Shown one piece after another: positions 8,448-17,546 of a stretch of DNA of 38,508 bases. The stretch is taken from contig CAYWKX010000001.1 in the NCBI GenBank assembly GCA_964459185.1, forward strand, positions 1 to 38,508. Reading direction: 5' to 3'. The translations under genes were made by a program, and so were the position numbers. The notes under the pieces are model-generated. The model saw only the letters and a list, made by a program, of their open reading frames with translations, did no database searches and had not been told where the DNA came from. Source of the stretch: an uncultured Muribaculaceae bacterium (GTDB taxonomy: Bacteria; Bacillota_I; Bacilli_A; RF39; UBA660). Each line of letters begins with the position of its first letter. The first letter of the stretch is position 1.

Positions 8448-9440
8448 ATTTTCTGCTTCCTCTAACATATTTACTATAAATATTCCATATCCCTTCATTG
8501 GATTATCGATCACTACATGAGTTACTGCTCCAATTATAAATTCATTTTGAACAATTGGGCTTCCGCTCATACCTTGGATAATTCCTCCTGTTTTTGTTAA
8601 TAATCTATCATCAGTTATCTCAAATAAGATATTTTTAACAGATAATTTATTACTACTTACTTTTAGTATTTCTATTGCAAATTCTTCCACAGTTTCATTT
8701 TCAATTACCGTCAAAATACTAGCACTTCCTGTTTTTATATCATTAATGTTAGCTACTTTGTATAATTTTTTATCAGGTATATTATTAGTGTAATTACCAA
8801 ATATACCGGAAGAAGTATTCTCTAATACGTTACCATATACATAGTTTATATTGTAGTTTGCATTCTTTTCACCAGGTTTTCCATTACTACTACGGGTTAC
8901 GCCAGTGACAACTGAATTATAGATTTTACCATCTTTTATTTCTAATCTTTGACCTGTTGTTTTTTCAATTATCTCGTGCCCTAAAGCACCATATATTTTT
9001 GTTTTAGGATCGATAAATGTCAAGGTTCCAATTCCAGTAATACTGTCTTTTACATAAAGGCCAGTTTTTAATATGTTATTATCATCCTTTATTAAGGATA
9101 AGTTGGTATTATATTCATTTGAACCTCTCAAATAAGTTATCATGATTGAATTACTTATACCACTTTTTTGGATAACACTAAGCATTTCTTCAATTGAAGT
9201 TACGATAATATTATTAATTTTAATAATTTTATCACCATTTTGTAAATTTGCTTTTTTAGCGGGATCATTGTTTCCAACTTTATAGGTACCTACAATTATT
9301 ACACCTTTTGAATTAAGCTCAATACCTATGTTTTCTCCACTTGCTATGATATATTCTGAATATGCAAAAGCAGTGCCAGGAATGATTAATAATGCTAGAA
9401 GCAGAAGTTTGATCGTGTTTTTTAAAGATTTAAAAAACAT
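8445..9440 (-). CDS. spoIVB: SpoIVB peptidase (S55 family, stage IV sporulation signalling protease)
   Basis: Signal/anchor sequence MFFKSLKNTIKLLLLALLIIPGTAFA, a PDZ-like region (GDKIIKINN), and protease motifs GTLTFIDPKTKIYGALGH and QGMSGSPIV. I prefer the start at 9440 because AAGGAG lies 9 nt upstream; the ORF is open to 9530. Confidence 0.85.
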   Translation of the reverse strand: MFFKSLKNTIKLLLLALLIIPGTAFAYSEYIIASGENIGIELNSKGVIIVGTYKVGNNDPAKKANLQNGDKIIKINNIIVTSIEEMLSVIQKSGISNSIMITYLRGSNEYNTNLSLIKDDNNILKTGLYVKDSITGIGTLTFIDPKTKIYGALGHEIIEKTTGQRLEIKDGKIYNSVVTGVTRSSNGKPGEKNANYNINYVYGNVLENTSSGIFGNYTNNIPDKKLYKVANINDIKTGSASILTVIENETVEEFAIEILKVSSNKLSVKNILFEITDDRLLTKTGGIIQGMSGSPIVQNEFIIGAVTHVVIDNPMKGYGIFIVNMLEEAEN

Positions 9441-9560
9441 AACTAGCATCTCCTTTTTCATTCTTTCTTCACAGACTACATTATTATTATTTATAAATTC
9501 TGAATATTTATAAGAGAGAAATAATGCCAATTAATTAACATATCATTAATTAGGTGAATT

Positions 9561-10241
9561 ATGAAATTAGCTTTTTTATTTACTCTAATTGCTGGTTTTT
9601 CTACAATGATTGGAACCTTATTAATATTTTTAAATTTTAAAAATATTAATAAGATTATATATCTATCACTAACATTTGCCTCTCTTGTAATGTTTTTTAT
9701 AACCATTACTGATTTAATTCCGGAAAGTATCAGATTAATATCTCTAAATAATAATCAATTTAAAACTATTTTTTTATGTCTAATATTTATAATCTTGGGT
9801 ATAATAATATCAATGATTATAGATTATTTTTTACCAGAAAGAAATATTAAAAATAATAAATTATTTAGGGTAGGAATAATATCTATGCTTGTCATTATTT
9901 TACATAATATTCCTGAAGGAATAGCAACTTTTTTAGCTACTAAAACGAATGTTAATTTAGGATTATCAATGACTATCGCAATTGCCTTACATAATATTCC
10001 TGAAGGTATTACAATATCTATACCTATTTATTACGCTACTAGAAAAAAAAATAAAGCTATTTTCTATACTTTTATTTCAGCTTTATCAGAACCTTTCGGA
10101 GCAATAATTACATATTTATTTTTGGTTAATTATATAAATAATATCGCTTTAGGTTTATTATTAGCAATAATCTCCGGTATTATGCTTCAAATAGTATTTT
10201 GTGAATTATTACCAACTGCTAAAGAATATAAAATAAAATAA
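9561..10241 (+). CDS. zupT: ZIP-family zinc transporter (ZupT-like)
   Basis: Polytopic membrane protein with two HNIPEG motifs, which are characteristic of ZIP/ZupT transporters. Confidence 0.8.
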   Translation: MKLAFLFTLIAGFSTMIGTLLIFLNFKNINKIIYLSLTFASLVMFFITITDLIPESIRLISLNNNQFKTIFLCLIFIILGIIISMIIDYFLPERNIKNNKLFRVGIISMLVIILHNIPEGIATFLATKTNVNLGLSMTIAIALHNIPEGITISIPIYYATRKKNKAIFYTFISALSEPFGAIITYLFLVNYINNIALGLLLAIISGIMLQIVFCELLPTAKEYKIK

Positions 10242-10252
10242 TTAAAAAAGTA

Positions 10253-10281
10253 ATGACAAGACATATTTTTTTTGATATAAT
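10253..10281 (+). promoter_or_regulatory. extended -10 promoter (ATGACA, 17 nt, TGaTATAAT)
   Basis: ATGACA at 10253-10258 and TGATATAAT at 10273-10281. It lies upstream of the GGGAGG Shine-Dalgarno sequence of the 10306 ORF. Confidence 0.55.
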
Positions 10282-10305
10282 TATATTTATAAATAGGGAG
10301 GATGT

Positions 10306-11040
10306 ATGGATAATAGTACTTTAATTACAAGCTTGAATAATCATTTAGTCTATTATGTATCAGATAATGATTTCTCTTTTTGTATTGGTTTACCAAGAAA
10401 AAAAAGAAAAACAGCAATGACTATAGAATTAAGACCTGATCATTCAGAATTTAATATAGAAAATAATACTAATGTATCAATAGAAAAGATAATTAATTAC
10501 TATAATAAAATAGATGCTTATGATATTACTCTAATCGTCCCAATTTTTAATAATAATATTTTAGAAGATGTTCGTAATAATGCTTCCATAGAAAATTTCA
10601 ATAAATTGGATTCGTTACTTAGTAAATTTTTTAATGCTAGTTACAAATTTTTAGTAAATAATAATTATGAAGTAACAAGCACAATCAACATCGTTAATAA
10701 TGATAATTGTAAAGTGTTTTTAACTTGGTTTGTGAGCAAATATCAATCTAGGGTTGATTATGCTTCTTTATTAGAATTAATTCGTAAAACAACAAAAAAT
10801 GAAGATAATTATAATAAAATTGAAGCTTCTGGTGTAAGCTTTGTCGTAGGTAGCCCTAAAACAGAAAAAAAGTTGGAGGAAGAAAAAGTTATTAAAGAAG
10901 TAATGTCTGAAGTTGCAAAAATTGAACCTGTTCCAACTCAAATTGCCCCAGTGAATAAAGCGGGCTATGTTTCTTATGTAGTTTTAGGGTTAGTTTCTGT
11001 CACTTTATCTTTATTGCTTTTATATATTTTAGTTAGATAA
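10306..11040 (+). CDS. hypothetical tail-anchored membrane protein (244 aa)
   Basis: Good Shine-Dalgarno sequence (AGGGAGGA). The soluble N-terminal region of about 215 aa has no motif I recognise. There is a single C-terminal TM segment (YVSYVVLGLVSVTLSLLLLYILV). Confidence 0.55.
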   Translation: MDNSTLITSLNNHLVYYVSDNDFSFCIGLPRKKRKTAMTIELRPDHSEFNIENNTNVSIEKIINYYNKIDAYDITLIVPIFNNNILEDVRNNASIENFNKLDSLLSKFFNASYKFLVNNNYEVTSTINIVNNDNCKVFLTWFVSKYQSRVDYASLLELIRKTTKNEDNYNKIEASGVSFVVGSPKTEKKLEEEKVIKEVMSEVAKIEPVPTQIAPVNKAGYVSYVVLGLVSVTLSLLLLYILVR

Positions 11041-11046
11041 CTATTC

Positions 11047-11154
11047 TTATAAATAAACAAAGATACTAGCTAAAGCAAAAAATAATGACATAATTAATAT
11101 TATATATCCAAATATTTTAGAAAAGATTTTTTTCTTTTTTTTCTTTTTACTCAC
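11047..11154 (-). CDS. candidate small membrane protein, 35 aa (MSKKKKKKKIFSKIFGYIILIMSLFFALASIFVYL); not in the supplied ORF track
   Basis: GTG start with an AGAGGTG Shine-Dalgarno sequence 8 nt upstream and a consensus promoter 22 nt further upstream. A poly-Lys N-terminus is followed by one hydrophobic helix. TAA stop at 11047-11049. Confidence 0.45.
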   Translation of the reverse strand: MSKKKKKKKIFSKIFGYIILIMSLFFALASIFVYL

Positions 11155-11176
11155 TTTTTATACACCTCTAGTATCT

Positions 11177-11205
11177 ATTATACAAGATTTTAATCATAAT
11201 TTCAA
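11177..11205 (-). promoter_or_regulatory. near-consensus sigma-A promoter (TTGAAA, 17 nt, TATAAT) driving the 35-aa ORF
   Basis: On the minus strand, TTGAAA lies at 11205-11200, followed by a 17-nt spacer and TATAAT at 11182-11177. Confidence 0.6.
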
Positions 11206-11235
11206 GAACAGATAATATAATTTATTGGTGATAAA

Positions 11236-11862
11236 ATGATAAAAAGAATAATTCCTAACTTAAAAATCCTTTTACCTAACAAAAGAATCAATTTTTTTAT
11301 TTTAGCTATTTTATCATTTGGTATTATTTCGGGATCTATTTTTATAACTATTATAAATAATATAGATAAAAATAGTGTAATCGAACATATTAAAAGCTTT
11401 TTTATTTCTATTAATGAAAACAATATTAATAATGGACTAGCCCTTAAAAATAGTTTATTAATGAACTATTCTTATCTATTATTAATGTGGATATTGGGAT
11501 TATCAATAATCGGCCTTATTATAAATATTTTTCTTGTTTATTTAAAAGGATTTATTACGGGTTTTTCAATATCAGCAATTATTATTACATATGGATTAAA
11601 AGGCATAATACCAGTTTCTCTTTATATATTCCCATTTACATTATTAAATATGTTTTGTATTTATTTATTAGGCAGTTATACATTCTTAATGACAAAATAT
11701 ATGTTAAATATAATAATCTATAAGAATATTACGGTAGCTAATCCTTTCCGCAAATATATAACCATTTTAGGGATATGCTCTATAATCATGTTAATTGCTT
11801 CCATCTTTGAAACATTTTTGTTTCCTGCATTATTAAAAGTTATTGCCAAACTATACATATAG
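11236..11862 (+). CDS. spoIIM: stage II sporulation protein M
   Basis: The 208-aa polytopic membrane protein matches SpoIIM in size and hydrophobicity pattern. The window also carries other sporulation genes and xerD, which lies near spoIIM in Bacillus. Confidence 0.6.
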   Translation: MIKRIIPNLKILLPNKRINFFILAILSFGIISGSIFITIINNIDKNSVIEHIKSFFISINENNINNGLALKNSLLMNYSYLLLMWILGLSIIGLIINIFLVYLKGFITGFSISAIIITYGLKGIIPVSLYIFPFTLLNMFCIYLLGSYTFLMTKYMLNIIIYKNITVANPFRKYITILGICSIIMLIASIFETFLFPALLKVIAKLYI

Positions 11863-11904
11863 TTTTTTTTATTATTATATGGTAAAATATATTTGGTGAT
11901 GTAA

Positions 11905-12984
11905 ATGAAAAAAGTTGTTTTAGGAATGAGTGGGGGAGTAGATAGCTCCGTCGCAGCCTTACTTTTAAAGAATCAAGGTTACCAAGTAATTGGGTTATTT
12001 ATGAGAAACTGGGATAGTTATATCAATAATGATTATTTAGGTAATCCTAATATAAATAATGATATTTGTCCTCAGGAACAAGATTATAATGATGCTTTAG
12101 AAGTATGTAATAAATTAAATATTGATTTACATCGTATTGATTTTGTAAAAGAATATTGGGAATATGTTTTCAGTTATTTCTTAGATGAATTAAAGAAGGG
12201 GAGAACCCCCAACCCTGATATTATGTGTAACAGATATATTAAATTTGATTTATTTATTAAGGAAGCTAAAAAGTTAGGTGCTGATTTTATTGCTACAGGT
12301 CATTATGCTAGATTAATAGATAATAAGTTATATAAGGGTATTGATAAGAATAAAGATCAAAGTTATTTCTTAGCTTATGTTAATGGAAAGGGCTTTCAAA
12401 ATGTTTTATTTCCAGTTGGAGAATTAACCAAAGAAGAGGTAAGAAAAATTGCTGAAGAAAATGGCTTAATAACCGCTAAAAAGAAGGGCTCGACTGGTAT
12501 TTGTTTTATTGGAGAAAGGAATTTTCGTCATTTTCTTAAAAACTATCTACCCAATCAACCAGGTAAAATTATTGATATTGATAATAACAAAGAAATGGGT
12601 AATCATATTGGTCTTATGTATTATACGATTGGTCAAAGAAAAGGTTTAAAATTAGGGGGTAATACTAATAAATATTATGTTGCTAAAAAAGATTTAAATA
12701 ATAATATTCTATATGTAGCCTCGACTAATGAAAATAAATATTTATATTCAACCGAAGCAATTATTGAAAACTATAATTCTTTATCTGATAAAAGGGTAGA
12801 AGATTGTCATTGTAAATTCCGTTATCGTCAAATAGACATTCCTTGTCATATTACTTATATAGATGAAGAGACAATAAAGCTAACATATAACAAAGCTAAA
12901 GCAGTTACTCCAGGTCAATTTTGTGTTTTATATTTATCTGATGAGTGTCTAGGTGGGGGAATTATTAGGGAAGTTATTAAATAA
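11905..12984 (+). CDS. mnmA: tRNA 2-thiouridine(34) synthase MnmA
   Basis: PP-loop motif GMSGGVDSSVAA, plus NPDIMCNRYIKF, ATGHYAR and DQSYFL. The product is 359 aa. Confidence 0.93.
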   Translation: MKKVVLGMSGGVDSSVAALLLKNQGYQVIGLFMRNWDSYINNDYLGNPNINNDICPQEQDYNDALEVCNKLNIDLHRIDFVKEYWEYVFSYFLDELKKGRTPNPDIMCNRYIKFDLFIKEAKKLGADFIATGHYARLIDNKLYKGIDKNKDQSYFLAYVNGKGFQNVLFPVGELTKEEVRKIAEENGLITAKKKGSTGICFIGERNFRHFLKNYLPNQPGKIIDIDNNKEMGNHIGLMYYTIGQRKGLKLGGNTNKYYVAKKDLNNNILYVASTNENKYLYSTEAIIENYNSLSDKRVEDCHCKFRYRQIDIPCHITYIDEETIKLTYNKAKAVTPGQFCVLYLSDECLGGGIIREVIK

Positions 12985-12991
12985 TAATAAC

Positions 12992-13019
12992 TTGACATAT
13001 TATGAAAAAATGGTACAAT
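12992..13019 (+). promoter_or_regulatory. sigma-A promoter (TTGACA, 16 nt, TGgTACAAT)
   Basis: TTGACA at 12992-12997 and an extended -10 element TGGTACAAT at 13011-13019. It lies upstream of the AGGAGGAAG Shine-Dalgarno sequence of the 13040 ORF. Confidence 0.65.
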
Positions 13020-13039
13020 ATTAATAGGAGGAAGAACTG

Positions 13040-13816
13040 ATGAATATTGTAGAAAAAATTAATACAATACTAAAAAAAGCTAATATTTCTAAAGTAAATT
13101 TAGCTAAGTATCTAGGTGTTTCCAGACAAATGGTATACAATTATTTAGATGATGAAAATTTAACTAATTTACCTAATGAAAAATGTCAATTATTATTAAA
13201 ATTATTAGATATAAAATCAATTGATGAAATAAATATGATTGAATTAACTGATGAATATATCCAGAGAGTAGGGAATAAGTTATTCAATTCTAAAAGGACG
13301 ATAACTAAAAAAGATGAAATTATCGAGTTATCTGGCTTAAAAAAAGAAGAGCAAGAGCTAATTGGAGATATAGTTTTTTTATTAAGGGAAATGTTTAATG
13401 AAGATAAAACAATTACTTGTTATAAAACTATTACCTATTTTTATCATTTTTTACAAGCAATGAATAATACAAAGGAATTAAAATATCTTCTAGGTTATGT
13501 TTCTAAGGCTGCGGGATATACTCCTGCTTTAGAAATGGCTTTTGAAGAAGAGAAACAATATATTTTTGAAAGTATTGTTTATTCTGCGATGACTCTTTAT
13601 GCCAATGGTGGTGCTTCTAAAACAAAGTTAGCAGAATCTCATAAACGTTGGGAGAATGAATTGGCTAAAAAAGATGAAGAAAAACTAAGTCGTACTCAAG
13701 AATTAAATACTGCGAAAGTTCAAGCATTAAAAGAACTTGGTTATACAGAAATAAATGAAAAGAATGCTAGTGAGGTATTTGATAAGATCGCTGAAATTCA
13801 GTCTAGAAAGATATAA
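13040..13816 (+). CDS. XRE-type helix-turn-helix protein with an uncharacterised C-terminal domain of about 190 aa
   Basis: N-terminal HTH motif (ISKVNLAKYLGVSRQMVYNYL). I do not recognise the rest. The gene is monocistronic, with its own promoter and terminator. Confidence 0.6.
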   Translation: MNIVEKINTILKKANISKVNLAKYLGVSRQMVYNYLDDENLTNLPNEKCQLLLKLLDIKSIDEINMIELTDEYIQRVGNKLFNSKRTITKKDEIIELSGLKKEEQELIGDIVFLLREMFNEDKTITCYKTITYFYHFLQAMNNTKELKYLLGYVSKAAGYTPALEMAFEEEKQYIFESIVYSAMTLYANGGASKTKLAESHKRWENELAKKDEEKLSRTQELNTAKVQALKELGYTEINEKNASEVFDKIAEIQSRKI

Positions 13817-13817
13817 T

Positions 13818-13841
13818 AAAGGGATAATTATTCCTTTTTTT
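13818..13841 (+). terminator. intrinsic terminator of the HTH gene
   Basis: AAAGGGAT and ATTCCTTT form a hairpin with a 4-nt loop, followed by a T-run. Confidence 0.65.
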
Positions 13842-13892
13842 ATATTTTATCCTAATTCCTATAATGTATATTATGTTAAGTTCTATAAACTG

Positions 13893-13916
13893 AAAATAAA
13901 AGAGATCACTCTCTTC
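13893..13916 (-). terminator. intrinsic terminator of the phosphohexomutase gene
   Basis: On the minus strand, AAGAGAGTGATCTCTT forms a hairpin followed by TTATTTT. Confidence 0.55.
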
Positions 13917-13918
13917 TA

Positions 13919-15271
13919 TTATTTAATAAATCTATCAATATTAAACTCTGTTTGTATATCTTTTAGTCTTAATTCGTTTTTAGCCTCGTATCTAGCTGTA
14001 ATATGTGGTCCAGTATTAGATTTCCTAATTAAAGCAAAACCATCATCAAATAAGACTTTAATGCCGTCTATTGTTAATATTTTATAGTCTTTTGATTCAC
14101 AATAGGTTTTTACCTTATTTATAACATTATTTTTATTTTCTTCTGCTACTTCTACTTTTATTTCTTTTGTAGAGTAGTATTTATTAATTCCATCAAGTAA
14201 TTCAGATACTTTTTTACCTGTTTTAGATAATATTTCTATTAATCGTAATGAGGCATAGATACCATCATCATAGCCGGGGAATCTATCTCGGAAGAATATA
14301 TGACCTGATAACTCCCCCGAAAAAGGGAAATCACCTTCAACTGACATAGCTTTTAAATATGAATTACCTGTTCGATAACAAACTGGTTCTATTCCTAATT
14401 TTATTAATTCATCTTCTAAAGCTTTGGAACATTTTACATCAAATAAACCTTTTTTAGGACTGACTTTATTATAAATATCTCTCCAAATGATAATCATAAA
14501 TTTATCAATATCAATCATTACTCCATTTTCATCGATTATCCCTACTCTATCTCCATCACCATCAAAAGATACTCCAAGATCAGACTTTGTTTCTAATACT
14601 TTTGCCTTTAAATCCTTTAAATTTTCTTCCACTAAAGGGTCTGGATGATGATTTGGAAAGTTTGGATCAGAAATATCGTACATTGGTATAGATTCAACAT
14701 CTATTTTATTAAATATATCCTTAGCGATGATACTGGTTGTTCCATTACCACAGTCATATACGACCTTTAATTTTCTATTTCCTAGTCTAATTCCTTCAGT
14801 AATCAGTTTTATGTATTCTTCTTTAATATTTCTTGTTGTAATAACTCCGTTTCCATTAATAAAATCTCTATTAATAATTATATTATAAACTTCTTTAACA
14901 GATTCTCCATAAGCATTATGAATACCATTATAAGAAAACTTAAAACCATTATATTCTTTAGGATTATGAGAAGCTGTAACCATAACCCCAGAAGAAATTT
15001 TAAGTAAATCCCAAGCATAATAAAACATTGGAGTAGTAGTTAGTCCTATTCTTATAACATCTACTCCTGATTCAGTAATACCTTTTACTAATTCCTGTTC
15101 AATACTATTAGAACTACTCCTGTTATCATAACCAACAATAGTTCTATCTTTACCTAATCTTCTTAAATTACTACCAAAAGCTCTTCCAAATAAATATGCG
15201 GTTTCTTCATCGAGTTCTTCTTTATATATACCCCTGATATCATATTCTCTAAATATTTCTTTTTTTATCAT
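13919..15271 (-). CDS. alpha-D-phosphohexomutase (phosphomannomutase/phosphoglucomutase type)
   Basis: Active-site loop GVMVTASHNPKEYNGFK and metal loop SFDGDGDRVG. The product is 450 aa. The TASHNP...NGFK pattern favours a PMM/PGM enzyme over GlmM. Confidence 0.85.
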   Translation of the reverse strand: MIKKEIFREYDIRGIYKEELDEETAYLFGRAFGSNLRRLGKDRTIVGYDNRSSSNSIEQELVKGITESGVDVIRIGLTTTPMFYYAWDLLKISSGVMVTASHNPKEYNGFKFSYNGIHNAYGESVKEVYNIIINRDFINGNGVITTRNIKEEYIKLITEGIRLGNRKLKVVYDCGNGTTSIIAKDIFNKIDVESIPMYDISDPNFPNHHPDPLVEENLKDLKAKVLETKSDLGVSFDGDGDRVGIIDENGVMIDIDKFMIIIWRDIYNKVSPKKGLFDVKCSKALEDELIKLGIEPVCYRTGNSYLKAMSVEGDFPFSGELSGHIFFRDRFPGYDDGIYASLRLIEILSKTGKKVSELLDGINKYYSTKEIKVEVAEENKNNVINKVKTYCESKDYKILTIDGIKVLFDDGFALIRKSNTGPHITARYEAKNELRLKDIQTEFNIDRFIK

Positions 15272-15286
15272 ATTATTTTCTTCCTT

Positions 15287-16204
15287 TCAATCCCTCGGAT
15301 GATATAAATCATAATTTTCCTTTAATATTTCCTTACCTACTGTCGTATATATTCCCGTGGTAGAAATATTACTATGACCTAGCATTATCTGAATACTCCT
15401 TAAATCCGCTCCATTATTAAGTAAATGAGTAGCAAATGAATGTCTTAACATATGAGGAGTAATATCTTTATCAATACCCTGCTTTTTAGCAATATTCTTT
15501 AAAATTAATAAAAATCCTTGTCTAGTTAATCTTTTACCATGATTATTTAAGAAAATATTTTCACAGAAATTCTTTTTTTTTAATTTTTCCCGGTATTCAT
15601 CTAGATATAACTTTAAATAATAAATCGCAGTATCTCCGATTGGAACAATTCTCTCCTTACTACCTTTTCCATAACATCTAACATAATTATTATCGAAATT
15701 AAGATTATTAAATGTTAAATTACATAATTCACTTACTCTTAATCCAGTTGCATATATTAATTCTAACATAGCTTTATTTCTATAATCAAAAGCATCTCTA
15801 AGTTCTATTTCAAGAAGTAAATCAACTTCTTCAATCGTTAAAATATTTGGTAATTTCTTATAAAATCTTGGAGATTCAATCATTGATGATATATCTTCGA
15901 CATTCTTTTCTTTAAATAGAAAATTATGAAAACTCTTTATCGAAGAAATTTTTCTAACAATTGAATAAATACTATATTTCTTATTATCTAAATATGTTAA
16001 ATAAGCTTCAAGATCATTTTTACTTATTTCTTTATAACTACCTATTCTCTTTTTTTCTAAAAAATTTAAGTATTTATAGATATCTAATATATATGAATTT
16101 AAACTATTATCGGATAAAAATCTTTCTGTTAATAAATAAGCTTCATATTTTTTTAAGATATTTTTGTTTGAATCGTTTAATTCATATTTTAAAATATCAA
16201 TCAA
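15287..16204 (-). CDS. xerD: site-specific tyrosine recombinase XerD/XerC family
   Basis: Motifs ATGLRVSEL and HMLRHSFATHLLNNGADLRSIQIMLGHSNISTTGIYT, with a C-terminal YHPR. TTG start with an AGGTGA Shine-Dalgarno sequence. The gene ends in TGA. Confidence 0.85.
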   Translation of the reverse strand: MIDILKYELNDSNKNILKKYEAYLLTERFLSDNSLNSYILDIYKYLNFLEKKRIGSYKEISKNDLEAYLTYLDNKKYSIYSIVRKISSIKSFHNFLFKEKNVEDISSMIESPRFYKKLPNILTIEEVDLLLEIELRDAFDYRNKAMLELIYATGLRVSELCNLTFNNLNFDNNYVRCYGKGSKERIVPIGDTAIYYLKLYLDEYREKLKKKNFCENIFLNNHGKRLTRQGFLLILKNIAKKQGIDKDITPHMLRHSFATHLLNNGADLRSIQIMLGHSNISTTGIYTTVGKEILKENYDLYHPRD

Positions 16205-16226
16205 AATATCACCTACTCTTTATTTA

Positions 16227-16235
16227 ATTATAACA
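16227..16235 (-). promoter_or_regulatory. extended -10 element TGTTATAAT upstream of xerD
   Basis: The minus strand reads TTTTTTGTTATAAT, then 13 nt, AGGTGA, 4 nt and the TTG start. Confidence 0.45.
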
Positions 16236-16270
16236 AAAAATAGAATTATTAACAAGCCAATAGCCACTAA

Positions 16271-16299
16271 TTTACATTTAAAGCATAATCTGTTAAAAT
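16271..16299 (+). promoter_or_regulatory. sigma-A promoter (TTTACA, 17 nt, TGtTAAAAT) for rarA
   Basis: TTTACA at 16271-16276, a 17-nt spacer, and TAAAAT at 16294-16299 preceded by TGT. A GGAAGTG Shine-Dalgarno sequence follows. Confidence 0.6.
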
Positions 16300-16317
16300 A
16301 TAAATAGGAAGTGTGTT

Positions 16318-17523
16318 ATGGAAGAATTATTAGCTTTAAAATTAAGACCACAGAAGATATCTGATATTGTTGGTCAAGATCACTTGGTGGGTAAAAATAA
16401 AATTATTTATAATTTAGTAAAAAATAAGAAGTTATTTTCAATGATCTTATATGGTAAACCTGGGACTGGAAAAACATCATTAGCGGTATCAATAGTTAAT
16501 GAACTAAGTCTTCCCTATCGCTTATTAAATGCTGTAATTAACAATAAAAAGGATTTTGATATTGTTGTAGAAGAGGCAAAATTAAATAAAGGTTTAGTTT
16601 TAATCATGGATGAAATACATAGGTTAAATAAAGATAAACAGGATTTATTATTACCTGTCCTAGAGAGTGGTATTATAACATTAATTGGTATGACAACATC
16701 TAATCCCTATCATAGTATTAATCCAGCGATAAGAAGTAGGTGTCAGCTTTTTGAATTATACGATTTAACTGAAAAAGATATTGAATTTTCATTAAAAAAG
16801 GCTGTTAAGTCAAATATCTTGGAAGGTCTTATTATCGATAATAAATCACTTAAATACATTGCTAATATTGCAGGTTTTGATTTAAGAGTAGCTTATAACC
16901 TCTTAGAAATAGCCTATTACTCCTCAACTAATAAAAAGATTGATTTAGAATTACTTAAGAATATTAATAATAAAGCAAATTTTTTTCATGATAAAAATGA
17001 TGATGGTTATTATGATGTTTTAAGTGCTTTTCAAAAATCAATCCGTGGTAGTGATGTTAATGCTTCCTTACATTATTTAGCCAGATTGCTAGAAGCGGAA
17101 GATTTAGATGCAATCTGTAGACGATTATCTGTCATTGTATATGAAGATATTGGACTCGCTAATCCTAATATTGGGCCTAAAGTAATGGCAGTGATTAGTG
17201 CTGTAGAAAGATTAGGTATGCCTGAGGCAAGAATCCCTTTAGCAATGATTGTTATTGAATTAGCCTTATCTCCTAAATCTAATTCAGCTGTCATAGCAAT
17301 TGATTTAGCTAATAATGAGATAAAAAGTAAGTATGTTGGTAATATTCCTAAACATTTGAAAAATCCTTCATCTCAATATAAATATCCCCATAATTATAAA
17401 AATTCTTATATAAAACAACAATATTTACCAGATAATATAAAAGATAGTATTTACTATCATCCTAAAAATAATAAAAATGAAAAAATGCTAAAAGAAATAT
17501 TAGATAATCTAAATAAATTATAA
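16318..17523 (+). CDS. rarA: replication-associated recombination protein A (MgsA/RarA AAA+ ATPase)
   Basis: LRPQKISDIVGQDHL, Walker A GKPGTGKTS, Walker B MDEIHR, and the C-terminal MgsA domain (YDVLSAFQKSIRGSDVNASLHYLARLL). Confidence 0.92.
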   Translation: MEELLALKLRPQKISDIVGQDHLVGKNKIIYNLVKNKKLFSMILYGKPGTGKTSLAVSIVNELSLPYRLLNAVINNKKDFDIVVEEAKLNKGLVLIMDEIHRLNKDKQDLLLPVLESGIITLIGMTTSNPYHSINPAIRSRCQLFELYDLTEKDIEFSLKKAVKSNILEGLIIDNKSLKYIANIAGFDLRVAYNLLEIAYYSSTNKKIDLELLKNINNKANFFHDKNDDGYYDVLSAFQKSIRGSDVNASLHYLARLLEAEDLDAICRRLSVIVYEDIGLANPNIGPKVMAVISAVERLGMPEARIPLAMIVIELALSPKSNSAVIAIDLANNEIKSKYVGNIPKHLKNPSSQYKYPHNYKNSYIKQQYLPDNIKDSIYYHPKNNKNEKMLKEILDNLNKL

Positions 17524-17546
17524 AAACTCTTTATTAAAGAGTTTTT
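17522..17546. terminator. bidirectional terminator between convergent rarA and tcdA
   Basis: Palindrome AAAAACTCTTTA/TAAAGAGTTTTT overlapping both stop codons. Confidence 0.7.

Noticed and set aside
13755-14087. 110-aa + strand ORF spanning the HTH-gene terminator and the phosphohexomutase 3' end.
   Set aside because: It crosses two terminator hairpins, is antisense to a well-supported gene, and has low-complexity hydrophobic content typical of AT-rich shadow ORFs.
15287-16204. The tyrosine recombinase could mark an integrated mobile element or prophage boundary.
   Set aside because: Sequence motifs and length fit chromosomal XerC/XerD. The flanking genes are housekeeping (phosphohexomutase, rarA). 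No att-like repeats, tRNA target, phage genes or transposase genes are visible.
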